Shown in pieces: positions 37,201 through 49,883 of a stretch of 64,000 bases of DNA; within the stretch, counting starts at the first letter, position 1, and each line of letters starts with the position of its first letter. The position numbers and the translations under genes were made by a program. Source of the stretch: Tubiluchus corallicola (taxonomy: Eukaryota; Animalia; Priapulida); assembly GCA_030141605.1 (NCBI GenBank), contig JAQGDQ010000341.1, positions 124,001 through 188,000 of the forward strand. The letters are read 5' to 3'. The notes under the pieces are model-generated. The model made no database searches. It was not told the DNA's origin and saw nothing but the letters and a program-made list of their open reading frames with translations.

Positions 37201-40200
37201 TTGAAAATTTTGTTCATTTCTTGTAATATTCCAATATTGCCTAAAATATACTTTGATGACGGGAAATACTGAAGAAAAGCCCAAAGCTTTCGCTACCCCT
37301 TTCTCCTGCACCCCCCTAACTCTTTCCTTTGTGCATAATTTATCCTTTTTAATTAATAACTATAACAATAATAGTCTACTTGTATTCTGGTGTAAATGAG
37401 GAGATAAATAAAAATGTCTATGTCTTTGTTATGTTTCATGCACCATTTATTCGGTCAGACAGTCACATGCCACTATAAACAAAAATATGTCGCCATCTAG
37501 TGGACAAATATGATAATATGAAGAAAATATGAAAACTAAGAAAAAATAGCTGCACTATTTCGACATTCAAAATTTTTTAATAAAAAAAAGCAACTCACGT
37601 TTAGTTTGTTATTAAGTTCTCCGATAAGTTCCAGTTGCTGCTCGTGTTTTTTTGCCAACTCTTGCAACTCTATTTGACTCTTTTCACTGGATTCCTTCAA
37701 GTAGCCACACTCATCCTGGGTATTGCTTAGTGAAGCCTGCAGAAAATAATAAATATAAAAATAACATAAACATAAACAAACGTAGACACATAACAGAACG
37801 TAACATAACCCAAAACACAGACAGAGTAAGAATTTTCATAATGTTCGAGTGTGAGAAAAATCAAAATTCGAATTTTTGCTATATTTCGAACTTTGCAATG
37901 TTTTTTCTTTTCTTATTTTTCTTTCTAAGCTGAGCCACTGAACCAGCAGAAGTATCTTTGAATGAACTACTTTTGGATAAATATACAGCAAGGTATATAA
38001 ACACGATAAATAAACACGGAATCAGATTGGTGAATGAAAATGCCACAGCAAGTACGGAACTTACTGGGTTATGGGACACCATTCAAGCACATGCATGAGA
38101 CCACTTGGCCATGAACCCACCAGAAGTGGTAAAATCTAGTGTGTACAGCTATTCCCAGAGCCGTCTCATAAGTGTAAAAGTACACCTACTTCACTGTAGT
38201 TAAAAACTGTGGTGGCATCAGATGTTGAGTAATCTTACCTCAAGTTCAGATAATTTGTGAACCGCCTCTAACTTCTCTTGGAGGACCCGTCGCAGAGACT
38301 CTTTTGCAGTCATTTCGTACGTGCTCTTGTCATCTTGCAGGGCGTGAATTTCTAACCGCAGCGCCTCTTCTGTGGCATTCTGGAAAAACATGTTTATGTT
38401 TAAATGAATAACTGGCCTAAATAGGTAAAGCGTTACTGCCCCCTAGTGGTCACTTAGTGATTGTCCCAGCATCACTGCACATCTTTCTATTAGTGGGCAT
38501 ACACACACGCACAGTATTATTGTCAATATTGTCAAGTATTGTCAATAATACTGTGTAATAGATTGTGCAATTTACAGCTAAGGTATAACTCTTATAACTT
38601 AGGAACAGACATATTGTCAGCCATCTTGAAAATTGCGACCATATCGGAGAAATTTCGACAGACTCCATAATCAAAATTAATCACTTTAATGAGCACTAGC
38701 ACTGTGCGAAGTTTCATGCTTTTGAATCGAAACGAGCATTTTTTCAACATCCTGGTAGACTAAAACCCATTCATTTTCCTCAAATGGCAGCCATCTTTAA
38801 GGCATCATAAATAGGCCTTTGTACTGCTCAAATTTCAGCCTAATTTGGATGTGTCATTCTCTGGACACAATATTACAAAAAACGTTTTCTTGCAATTTTT
38901 AGGGGTAGATCTATTTTTTCCATTATATTAACCCTATTACTGCCTTCCTTTAAACTTTCAAGTATACCTTGCTATAAGCTTGCAGTTGACTCTCCAATAA
39001 TTCCAGTCTAGAAAGCAGTCGGTCCTCATCAATTAGTGCCTAAAACAATGAACCAAAAAACTTAGTAAAATTTCACATCTGCAAAGTAATTCATATGTGT
39101 TATTTCAAAATAAATAAATAAGTCTGAGTTCTGTTTTTACCAGTGGCGGCTTGTGTATAAGTACTGGGGTACTGTGGCACCCCCTATATTTCACTCAATA
39201 TTATCGATAACATTCAATATAAAAAATATTTTTTCTTTAGTTTCTTTTTTTATGCTTGTATGGAATCCAAGCACATGAGGGTAGTATTGTTTATTTCACA
39301 GAGCAGCACAGTGGTGTGTTTGGCTGTGTCTGAGATAACTCGCTGTACACTGCACTGCTAGTGCCTGCTGCTAGGTAGAAAAAGTACTGTCTCTCACACA
39401 GCTTGTTGTCAGTTGTCACATACTTCAAAACCATGTACCGGCACATTCTTGAACTTCGGCAATTTAGGTTATTTGTTCCCAAAAAATTTTTTTGTTTAGG
39501 ATTTTATCAAGTTTATGTAAACATTTTTGTATGTTTGTTTGCTTAAAATTGCAATTACAAATTACAGCATTAAAATTACACATATTTGTTTTGTTTGCAC
39601 AGTATTAAAACAGTGACTAAAAATTTTCTGAAGCAGCATCCCTGTTAATTTTAACTACGAGCCGCCATTGATTTTTACATTCTGCATGAAACAGACCTTT
39701 TGATAGCATTCTGCTCAAGTTAACAGAATAAATGAGCAGAACAGAGTTTTAATTGAGTGAAACTCTCTACCCCTAATGACCCGTGTTTTGTACAGCAGAC
39801 ATGGCTAATGTCAGAAACTTAATTTTGAAAAACTTAGTGAATCTGAATGAGTGCCCCAATGTTTGCTTGGTAATTAATTAATAATTCAACTCGTCACTTT
39901 CTTGTATTTAATTCCTTTCATCAGTGTCATGATTACTTTCCTGACAACACGTTAGCTAATATGCGTGCTAAAAGCGTATAAACTAAAGTTGGTATTCTTG
40001 CTATACAGGACTCAATCCTGTGTGAGTACAATATGCAATTAATTCGTCTGGTATCTCAACGAATCAGTTTTACTGCGTTTATGCTATCGTCTCATCATCT
40101 GAGGGTCAAGACTGGCAGATGGGCCAAGCCACCTACCGAGAGACCAAGAAAGTAGAGCATACAGTTATGTTATGTTAATTTTCTTCTGTTAATTTCTTAA

Positions 40201-43200
40201 TTAGTGCATGATAGGCTCTGCCTATATAAACTGGTATTATATTAATATTGCCAATAAACTACTACTGCTGCTGCTGCTACTAGAGATACATTTAGTTGTC
40301 AATTGATTTGAAAATCTCAACCGTGTGTTAGTATTGGCGTGTTAGTCACCATTAAAAACGGTTTCATATTCTCTGATTATTATAAAGAAGATTTTTTAGC
40401 GATTTTGTCGATTTTTTTCTACACAATTGCTCTATATTTGGTGAGCGTTCTCTACCAGAAAGTGAATTCGATTTGAATCGAATTTGTGACATTTGCATTC
40501 GAATCAAACCATATTTCAGCATTTTCGAATCCGAATCTAATACAAAATTAATTTTAAAGGCTTTCGAATAACTTTTTGAATCATTAATAAAAAGCATTGT
40601 CATATTATTTTGTTTTGCTCTGCAGTAAGAAAACTAATAATGTTTAAAAGTTCTGCAGGAAAATTGCAGCTAAATTCTGCTAATTGCATGATGTTTCAAA
40701 TGTTTTAAAGATAAAGAATGTATGCGGTTGAAGTGCTGAATGATTCAAATCTTCAGTTTTAGGTAAAGTAGAATTTAAAGTATGAATAGTTAACCCAGTG
40801 ATAGAAGACACATGTTAATATTTTTTAATGAAAGTAATGTTGCGCTTAACGACGAAAACTTTTGGTAAAGGATTCCACAGATAAGAGTCCGATGGAAAAA
40901 CTGAAATATTAAGCAGCTGTTTGGGATCCAGATTAAAAATGTACAAGGTAAGAATACGAGAGGCAGCAGCAAAACGGGCATTCCGTGAACAATGAATCGT
41001 TAACGGCAATGGCAGAAGAGAAGTCCACTTACCTGCCATCCAGTCTCAGAAATCTCTTGTGTGTTAGTCACTAGACGTTGTAGTGTTGCCAGCTTATTCT
41101 CCAGCATCTGTTCTCTGTGAAGCGCTTCCTATAATCATTAATCAAGTAATCACTTTACGTTACAAATCAGCCAATCAGAGCTGCCTATTGCAGCCAAGTA
41201 TAAATAGAACAATTTAAATAGATTAAGTTAGCACTGCCCTTAATTTGTCATATGGCTTGGTCACACGAATTGGTCATAAGACGAAATGGACACAAGCCGG
41301 ACCCGCATATTCAAGCAATACGCTCCTACATTGTGTATTTGCACACACAAAGTATGACGTCACCAACAATGAATTTATTGATACAGATACCAATTTAAGA
41401 TTATCTTGTTTAAAAAAACAAAAGGAAATGTGAGTTATAGTTGGTTTTGTATAATTAACTAATTAAGATTCGGTTTGGTAACAAAGTCGAACAGTCGTAA
41501 GTCGCACAGATCATAAGTTGACGACTACCCATACTTACAAAAGGTAATGTTATGCAATATTTATTTCCAGTTCCAGCAAACTATTTTTACAAAATTTATC
41601 AAAAAAAAACACTCAATTTCTACACAATACACATAGTATATCATATTTCAAAGCAATATTTACCTTTAAATATTAGGTGGAAGTAATATTTACCTTTAAA
41701 TATTAGGTGGAAGTAATATTTACCTTTAAATATTAAGTGGAAGTAATATTTACCTTTAAATATTAGGTGGAAGTAATATTTACCTTTAAATATTAGGTGG
41801 AAGTAATATTTACCTTTAAATATTAAGTGGAAGTAATATTTACCTTTAAATATTAGGTGGAAGTAATATTTACCTTTAAATATTAGGTGGAAGTAATATT
41901 TACCTTTAAATATTAGGTGGAAGTAATATTTACCTTTAAATATTAGGCGGAAGTAATATTTACCTTTAAATATTAGGCGGAAGTAATATTTACCTTTAAA
42001 TATTAGGTGGAAGTAATATTTACCTTTAAATATTAGGTGGAAGTAATATTTACCTTTAAATATTAGGTGGAAGTAATATTTACCTTTAAATATTAGGTGG
42101 AAGTAATATTTACCTTTAAATATTAGGTGGAAGTAATATTTACCTTTAAATATTAGGTGGAAGTAATATTTACCTTTAAATATTAGGTGGAAGTAATATT
42201 TACCTTTAAATATTAGGCGGAAGTAATATTTACCTTTAAATATTAGGCGGAAGTAATATTTACCTTTAAATATTAGGCGGAAGTAATATTTACCTTTAAA
42301 TATTAGGTGGAAGTAATATTTACCTTTAAATATTAGGTGGAAGTAATATTTACCTTTAAATATTAGGTGGAAGTAATATTTACCTTTAAATATTAGGTGG
42401 AAGTAATATTTACCTTTAAATATTAGGTGGAAGTAATATTTACCCTTATGAGTTTAAACATTTAAAAAAAATGTGAACAGTCAAATAAAATGCTATAAAA
42501 GTTGCACAGTGCAGAATTCACATGGTGCTCCAATTCTGCTTTGAATAATACATACTTGCAAGAACTGAGCGAGTTCATACAGCTCTTGGCTTGAGACAGG
42601 AGACGATGGACTATGTGGCAATGTTAAACCCCTCTGAGAACTGAAAAACAACAACACGACGTCAAAAGTCGACAAATGTACAAAAGTGAAAAGCAAATTT
42701 GAAAGATAATTTCACTGTACTGGTAGTAAAGCCAGGCCTTCACGGGGCTCACGACTTACATGCACCAAACAGCCAGAAAACAACTGCGAGCGTTTGTCAT
42801 AGTTGCCAAATGGTCGGAAATTTTTTACACAGTTTCAAAGAGTGGCAAAATCGAAACTTTCCCAAAACTTTGCAAACTATTCTTGATGTTCGTCAGCAAT
42901 TGCGAAAATTTGGTGAACATATTTTGGGATGCTTAGCTTGCAAGCATCAGTCTCCCAATGAAAACCTAGCTAATTTAATTTGCATTATACAAGCGATTTC
43001 GGGCTTTGATTATAAAATTAATGAAATCAAGGGCTTCCGACAGGAGATGAAAGCTAGAGTATCAGCTTAGTTTAAAATTCTAGGACATCAACATTTAACA
43101 AGCACATGGATATCTTCTTGCATAGATATCTTCGGGTTAGCTAAAAACTTCTTTCTTGCTAAGTTTGTTTTGTTCTATTCATTATGTATGTGTGTACTTA

Positions 43201-46200
43201 TGAATTCAATTATATTAGGCGCCGCTTAATCGACTCACAGTTAATAGACTCAATCGCCTAACTGACTCAATGTCTGGAACAGGCCGCTTCCATTCAAATA
43301 TACATAAAAACTATCGGTAATTGACTCAAATAACTTCGCTTAATTGACTCAATATTTTTCCTTCACTTACTTAAAATAAGTCATTTGTATGTGCCCAAAG
43401 AGCCTTTCCTACTTTTATGTCATCTTTACTTCCCTTTTGTGCATTATATATTTAGAAACAATCATGTTAAGCACCTCTTTGTTTGTAAGCAGGTACGTTT
43501 AGTAGTTTTTGCTTCGAATCTGTTACCCACTGGCCCACTGCAACTAACCTCGTTACCCAAAGAATTTCTGGAAGTTAAACATTTAATTTTGCCTAGCAGT
43601 TTCCTTTTCATGCTCTCGTTGCAAATCAGGCTTTAAGGCTTAATGAGTTAACAGTCAAAGATGCAGGTACAGTAATCAGCCAGTTTTCCTTGTGACTTAC
43701 AAGAGTAAATATCATACAGCAAATAAGAACAATGTAAGTGAGCAGACGATTCAGAACTGTTTTAGTCACAACACAACAACAGATTTTCAACGTTTTTATA
43801 GTTACGAGAACTTCTTCGCGAGAAAATGAAGCAGCCGACCTTGAAGGAATTTTTGTAGTTTTTGCAAATAAACAGACTTAGAAAAGCCTGTGATTTATAA
43901 AAGTATACTTTTTAATTTATTGCTAATTCACTTAAATATATGACTATTTTAAAATAATTTTTCTAATTTTTAACTGCATAAAGGAATTTAGGTTTTACTT
44001 TGTTTCTAAAATTCATTAAAAAGCTTTGCAGTGCATAGTAAGCTAGTGACTCATACTTCTGTACCTGTAATACTGCACTCATGGGTTAATAGGTTCAGTC
44101 GGTTAATTGACTCACAACACATCGGTCCCAAAGTGAGTATATTAAGTGGCGCCTACTGTATTAAGGATTAGCAGAAGTTTAAACAATGCATCCGTTCAAA
44201 ACCTCAATGCAAACCTGTTCTATTATAAAGCCAAAAACAGTTTTATTCACCTAACTTTTTGAGCATAAGAAATTTTGTAATTAAATTTAAATAGGCTGCA
44301 TTATAAGCTATAAAACTAAGTAGTATAGCGTTGCAAAAAAGTCACTTTTACAGCAACTTTAGCAATGGAAAAATAATTTATAGTACCGTGACAGCTTCAC
44401 ACTGATATACAAGGGACAGCTTACAACAGGGTAAAAATGTTAAATGCCTTTCAATGTTGCCAGTAAATATACTGAGTTACATATTAAAATATGTGTATCG
44501 AGTTAAAATAAAATAAAATGTGTTTGCAAGCCAAAACCGTCCATAAGTTGGCATTGTTAAAACTACGTTATGGTGCTTCAAGTAGAATGACCCAAAAATT
44601 TGGTCAAATGTTAATTTTTTTGTTTTTTAGAAAAATAAACACTAAATATATTGAACTTTTATATTCTAGCATCAAATTAGCAAAAAATGTCCAAAAAAAC
44701 TAAAAATTTAATTTTATAACGTGTGCCCACAATAATGGGAAGAAACTAGTATTGCAATTGTAAAAAACTTGTATTTTCAAACTCTGATAGTAGCTCATGG
44801 AAGCAGCCATTTGGCTTCAGGTTCTTTCTTTTGCGAAGCCCAGATCTTCGACAGATCCATCTACTGGATTTAAACATAACTTCAATGCGCTCGTGTAAAG
44901 TCCATGGCAACCACAGTTTCGTACAGCTGCTAAGTGTTTTGTAGAAACGCGATGAAAAACGATGGCGCAGTTTAATAGCGATTTTCTTATTAAGATTAAG
45001 TTTTTCAGTGTGCAGCCTGCACTTCAACTTCAACGTGGATTATCTCAGCTTAGAGACAACATAGACCAATAAGCTTGGCATCAAAATGATCCTCATGAAA
45101 TGGAAATTCAGGATATAAAAATAACTATATAAGAATAAGAATAACTCGGTTTCTTCACTGAGAGCTGAATTAGAATCTGCATCAGGTCTAGTGAGCGGGA
45201 ATTAAGTTAATAAGATTAATCTTTATTAATTAAGAAGTGAATACGAGATTAACTGTATCACAGAAAATTTAAGCAATCGAAATAGTCACGTATGATTGAT
45301 AATTGCAAGTATAGCGCTAGGGAGTATCAGAAAGCTAATGCTACAGTTAAATGCAGCCTGTGTAAAGGCAGTAAAGGTATACTTAGGTCACGATATCATA
45401 CATATCATGATACTAACCTCCTGATACAATGCGTATCATAATACATATAGGTTAGCATTTTCAGATTTTATAAAAAAATTAATAAAGCCAGAGATGCTAA
45501 ATGTATTTTGTCAATCAACAGTTTTACGACTTGTAAATGCTGAACTAACTCTGATTTTTATTTATTACTTGTGTTATGTGCAGCCTATTGTTTGCAATGT
45601 AATATGCGAGTAACGTAATTAACTTACAGATCAAATGCCTTGCATTTTCATCACCTTTGGCTGCTAGAAGTATCTGTGTCAAGTTAACTACTACTCACTA
45701 TGCTGATTACTACTTATCTACAGTATAAGCCACAGCTGCAGTTTAGATTACTTCACATCACTTTTATCAGCATACAGTCAAGCGGACGCTATTTTCCGAA
45801 ATATCAAGGACTCAGGTTATACACACTGCTGCGCTTTGGAGACAAGCATATCGTATCATGATGTATCGTTACAGGGCTAACCTGTATCTACAGCATGACT
45901 CTTCAGTAGATTCACGCGTAGGTTTGAGTCTATATGCTTTAACAACGAAAGCGCAGCAAGTTGGAATCATCTTGGTTAAAGCACAATAAACCCTTGAAAT
46001 TTTACACCATTTACTTGATGTCTTATTGTATACAGAGCTTGCGTAATCAGTAACACTGTATAAAACTGGCAAACTTAAACTCCCGCGATGACTGTTAGGC
46101 ACAGCCATTTTGATGATAAGTCATTTGAAGTAAGTTTAGATAATACTGTGTAAAGTTCGAAAAAATAATCAGAGCATTTGTAGCGCACTCTTCACTTCAC

Positions 46201-48248
46201 TTTACTAAGCAAAATTTTAAATTAGTGTAACTTGTCAATCAGATTAAAAATGGGTTTTTTGGCGAGTGGTGCACCTTGGATGGTCAGTCAACAACATCTT
46301 ATCAATTGAAGTGAATATTTTAAATTATTAAGAATTTTTTCCTAGTTGCATAAGCCTTTCAAGCAGGTAAGCACAATGCTAAGTAATATAATTTTGCAAG
46401 GAAGGTTTTTTGGGACATAGTTTAACATTGCCTTTTCTTCCCCCGATTTATGTTGTGTGTAGGTGACGTTCTGTAATGGCGAGACCGGAAAGGTACTGCA
46501 GATGATTTAAAATGAAAACAAACAAAAATTCCTTTTAGCTCGAGTACAATATAGCCTAAAACTGCTATAAACTAATATAATTTTTTAAAGGGATTTTTCT
46601 GAAACCAACTTTAGGAATCCCCTTTCTAGTCCTCTAATAACATACCGTAGTGTTAGAGAGCACAACATGTGGCCGTATTAACGTGCCAGCCTAGCAAAGT
46701 TTGCAGATCGAGTTAGAAAGTTTTTACATTGCATTAGAATTAGTTAAATCATTACTACTTTGCATAAGATGTAAGCGTGGTCGTATGCACTTTGTCTTTT
46801 TTGAATGTTTGAAACTTTCAGCAAATAGAAATCGGCCAATATTTAGGTAAAATATCAACAGTCCGATATATCGGGAAACGACAGGAACACTTAGCACACT
46901 TTTAGTGGTTGTAAATTAGAATCTTTTCAAACTAGCACACCTTGGTTTATGTTCTTGTCCATTGGGATGGTACAGCGTTACCGTAGCAATGATACATCCA
47001 TGAGTCACCTTCCTAGAGTTTTCCATGACGTCGACGCCAAATTGAATGACATCACCGGAAAATATTTCATGCGGAGAGCTTTCCTCGGAACCCTTACTAA
47101 GCCGTTCATTATTAACGAATGTGCCGTTACTACTCTTTGTGTCTTGCAAATAGAACTGCAAAGGATAAAAACATGTAAAGCTTCTGCATCTACAACCAAT
47201 AAAATGTTATTTTACATACTCAAATAGTGATGGGTGATTGCTAGATTAATCAAATTAATTCCGATTACAACCATGTATATATGAATATAATCGGCGATTG
47301 AACAGTAATTCAATTAATCAAGATTAATCGAGAGCAAAATGTACGTGTTACACCCTGGCTAACAGGCAGTATTTTAGCACAAATAAACGGAATCTTTGTG
47401 GTTTTTATTCGCTTTTCTCCTCTTACAAAATGCGCCCAATTGCAAACCACAGTGTTGCAAACTGGGGGTTTCTAATTCTTTGGCAGGTGACACACATGTG
47501 TAGTAATTCGGTCATAGAGTAGTTAACGAATGTGCAAGTCTATAAAAGTAGTTTGCGAGTACGAAAATAGCAGAGAGCCACGAAAGCCACAAAGAGGTTT
47601 ATAGGCTATACATCACTGTAAAATCATTGAAGAATATGGATAAATGCTGTAAAAGATTAATTACAAGAACAAGATTATAATCGAATTTTGAAATTTTAAA
47701 ATACCGCATCATTATACTCAAAGCTTAAGTTCCATACACAAAACTTTGTACAACATCTTCACTTTAGTTTTTGATAGTTTTTATCAACGAAGATTTTGTT
47801 GTCAACAGGATAACACCTGCATTTCTATATATTACAAGTTAGCAAAACAAGTATACTTTCCAAGAAAGCAGACTAACAATGCCTTAACTACACTCAAATA
47901 AGCACCCTTCTGATAAGATGCGCCAATCACGAAGCAAAAATAGCTCCAATATTTATGTGCAAAAAAGACCGGTTTGTGAAAAAAATGCTTGTTTTCTTAC
48001 ATTTTCTCACAGTATGTCTACTAGAGGTGATTCACTTAAAAAGAAAATTATCTTACCTTATCATTTTCGAACCACATAAGGGCGTGGTTTCGAGAAAGGA
48101 CTTTACAATCAAAGATCGCATTGTTCGGCAACGGCCTGGCACGAGCGACCGATCGACCAATCTTAATGTTCTCCGTCAGAGAAATCTGGCGTTCATCGAA
48201 CGGATGAGAGTTTGGGCGACAAGTGAATACAGCAATCGCTGCACACAT
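25220..48248 (-). CDS. SLMAP: Sarcolemmal membrane-associated protein (STRIPAK component; FHA + coiled coil + C-terminal tail anchor), ~755-779 aa; exons complement(48057..48248, 46941..47155, 42556..42640, 41033..41128, 38968..39039, 38239..38379, 37599..37736, [36042..~36113 uncertain], 33982..34111, 31574..31870, 27896..27958, 26683..27051, 26297..26372, 26022..26178, 25653..25787, 25220..25321)
   Basis: FHA domain [56 protein letters not shown]; conserved [53 protein letters not shown]; last exon [33 protein letters not shown] is a transmembrane tail anchor. All introns GT-AG and phase-consistent. Confidence 0.95.
28297..29926. repeat. 37-bp minisatellite, ~44 copies, SLMAP intron
   Basis: Unit ACAATAACTACCACTTAACAAGTAAACAGTTTTAGTA. 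Confidence 0.97.
30340..30840 (-). mobile_element. SINE family copy 3 (body and tail), interrupted by the 35-bp minisatellite
   Basis: GAGCCACTGAACCAGCAGAGGTATCTTAGCCACATTTGGATGTA shared with other copies; minus-strand tail ends ...CCAAAATTCATTCATT. Confidence 0.6.
30826..31391. repeat. 35-bp minisatellite, ~16 copies
   Basis: Unit CACCCAGAGCAAGTCTGTACTGCAGTTCAGCCAGC. Confidence 0.97.
31907..32008. repeat. Compound (CAT)n(CAC)n microsatellite
   Basis: Read directly; intronic, close to the acceptor of SLMAP exon 31574..31870. Confidence 0.9.
33504..33807. mobile_element. MITE with 19-bp perfect TIR; decayed relative at ~41250-41530
   Basis: GGTAGTCATTGACTTACGA ... TCGTAAGTCAATGACTACC. Confidence 0.8.
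34264..35499. mobile_element. Tc1/mariner-pogo-type non-autonomous element, copy A
   Basis: CAGTAGG.CCCGCTTAATAGA ... TCTATTAAGTGGCGCCAGCTG+TA ends; reverse-complement similarity to 43213-44158. Confidence 0.75.
36080..36500. repeat. 33-bp minisatellite (with 21-bp deletion variants) abutting or overlapping a SLMAP exon
   Basis: Unit CATCTACCTTTCTTCAGCATCTACATGTATTAT. Confidence 0.95.
37930..38125 (-). mobile_element. SINE family copy 4 (head and core)
   Basis: Minus-strand A-box TGGCCAAGTGG; GAGCCACTGAACCAGCAGAAGTATCTT core. Confidence 0.55.
39141..39670. mobile_element. hAT-type MITE
   Basis: TIR CAGTGGCGGCTTGT / ACGAGCCGCCATTG; near-perfect 8-bp TSD GTTTTTAC / ATTTTTAC. Confidence 0.75.
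39850..40145 (+). mobile_element. LINE ORF2 C-terminal remnant
   Basis: [22 protein letters not shown] matches the SSH.L.IETGRW motif of non-LTR element C-termini. Confidence 0.55.
40439..40790. mobile_element. Decayed copy of the 51651-52043 hAT MITE family
   Basis: GGTGAGCGTTCTCTACCAGAAAGTGAATTCG start and shared GCTAATTGCATG.TGTTTCAA block. Confidence 0.6.
41655..42444. repeat. 30-bp minisatellite, ~26 near-identical copies, SLMAP intron 3
   Basis: Unit AATATTTACCTTTAAATATTAGGTGGAAGT. Confidence 0.97.
43213..44158. mobile_element. Tc1/mariner-pogo-type non-autonomous element, copy B (inverted relative to copy A, with an internal deletion)
   Basis: TAGGCGCCGCTTAAT ... ATTAAGTGGCGCCTACTG+TA; e.g. 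AACTTCTTCGCGAGAAAATG is the reverse complement of CATTTTCTCGCGAAGAAGTT in copy A. Confidence 0.8.
44528..45120. mobile_element. MITE related to 12450-12810
   Basis: Shared AAAACCGTCCATAAGT...CAAAAATTTGGTCAAATGTTAATTTTTT and GTGGATTAT.TCAGCTTAGA blocks. Confidence 0.65.
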
Positions 48249-49611
48249 GACAAAACAGTTTAGTTTTTTCTACAGCATCCGTCAAGAACAATTGCAAATG
48301 AGAAAGATGTTTGACAAGCTACTAATCATTGTAGTCATAATTTCTTAAATGTAAGAATGCCTGAAGTTTGTAAAGTAGCTGTAGCCAACATTACGCAATA
48401 TTCCTTGTGCACACCAGAATTGAATATCTGTAAAAGAGAATTAAAAAAATTTAAAAATTTAAATTTAAGTACCTAATTTGGGATGGGAAGCATAGGGTTA
48501 CTTACTTTTTTGGGATTTAAGTACCATGTTGAAAACATTATTAACAAAGAACTTCTCCATTTTTTTACAACGCGACTTGTTTATTAATGTTACAACATTT
48601 ACGGCTGATTAGTTATCTTAAAATACGCACAATTATTATAAACTGGTGCATAGATGAGTTATAATAACGTCAGAAATGAAATTGTTGTTTTGAGAAAACT
48701 CTTAAAGTGAAAAGGTGAAATTTTTAATGTACCCCAATGCTACCAAGGCAAAGTAGAAACACGAGAACAAGAAGAGATTATTTACTTACAATTTAAAACA
48801 GAAAATGTTTTGATCAGAAAATGATTAACACTAAAACTTTTACATCTGAGTCATAATATGACAATGTATGGTGCGCAGTACAGCAATTTTGACGATGCAG
48901 TAAAAAATGTTGAATTGTAATCTCACAAAACTGCATTATAAACATTTATACCGAGAAATATTACTTTTTTTCTTACATAGAAATAAAGAGAATGGTACAG
49001 AAATGAATATAAATTACCTAGCGTTCAGGTTTTATAAAGTTCTAACTACGCACCACAAATATTAAAATTATGTATATTGTTATAAGTTTTTCAACATACT
49101 AGCCAGTGATGTAGCCTATTTCACTACAAGCCCATCTTGACTGCGTTATCAGACTCTGAGTCATTGGTGTTCAAGCCCTTTAGTTCCATTAATTTCAAAA
49201 TAAAACATACCTTACAGTGAGGAACTACACACAGTAAGGCAACTTGCAAAAGATAATGCTATAACAGAGCTTTGTAAAATTAACCAGGTTGAACTTTTAA
49301 TTTGAATTTCATAAAATTCACTGCACCTGAGCTAGGTATCTGAAGGTATCTGATTGTATACTGAGATAGATACCATTCACGCATACAAACTAAATATTTA
49401 AATATGATATAACCAGCTGATAAATTCTGAGCTTCTGTGGCATTCAGGCAGTTATACTTTTCATACTGAGATAACATTAAAATAAAGTAATCTATCCTTA
49501 TGAAAACTGTTCGTAAATGAATGAATAAACTAAATAACCTAGAAAATAATCCCAATTTTTCCCCATATTAAATTTATCACTGCCGACACTGACCGCTACG
49601 GAGATGTCACA

Positions 49612-49782
49612 AGGAACCCATCCAGATTGAATGCAATCAGGAAAGTGGAATCTGTTCAACATAGGGTGGCAAAATTAGTTCCTGCCATGAGTCATCTGAT
49701 ATATTCAAAACGGATGAGAAGTTTGAAACTCCCTTCACTGAGATTTCGAAGGAAGAGAGGTGATTTCATCCTGATGTATCAA
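49612..49782 (+). mobile_element. CR1-type LINE ORF2 fragment
   Basis: IRKVESVQHRVAKLVPAMSHLIYSKRMRSLKLPSLRFRRKRGDFILMYQ matches the E.VQRRA.K...Y..RL..L.LPSL..RR.RGD.I motif. Confidence 0.75.
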
Positions 49783-49883
49783 GAACAATTTGACTAAAAT
49801 ACAACCCATTCGTTATTTTATTAATAATTTACAAGGTACTGGAAACAAAGTTATTAAATTGGCGGGAATTCATTAAATACTAA

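Noticed and set aside
28297-42444. 30-37-bp repeat arrays as CRISPR arrays
   Set aside because: Units are head-to-tail with no unique spacers, there are no cas genes, and the context is eukaryotic introns.
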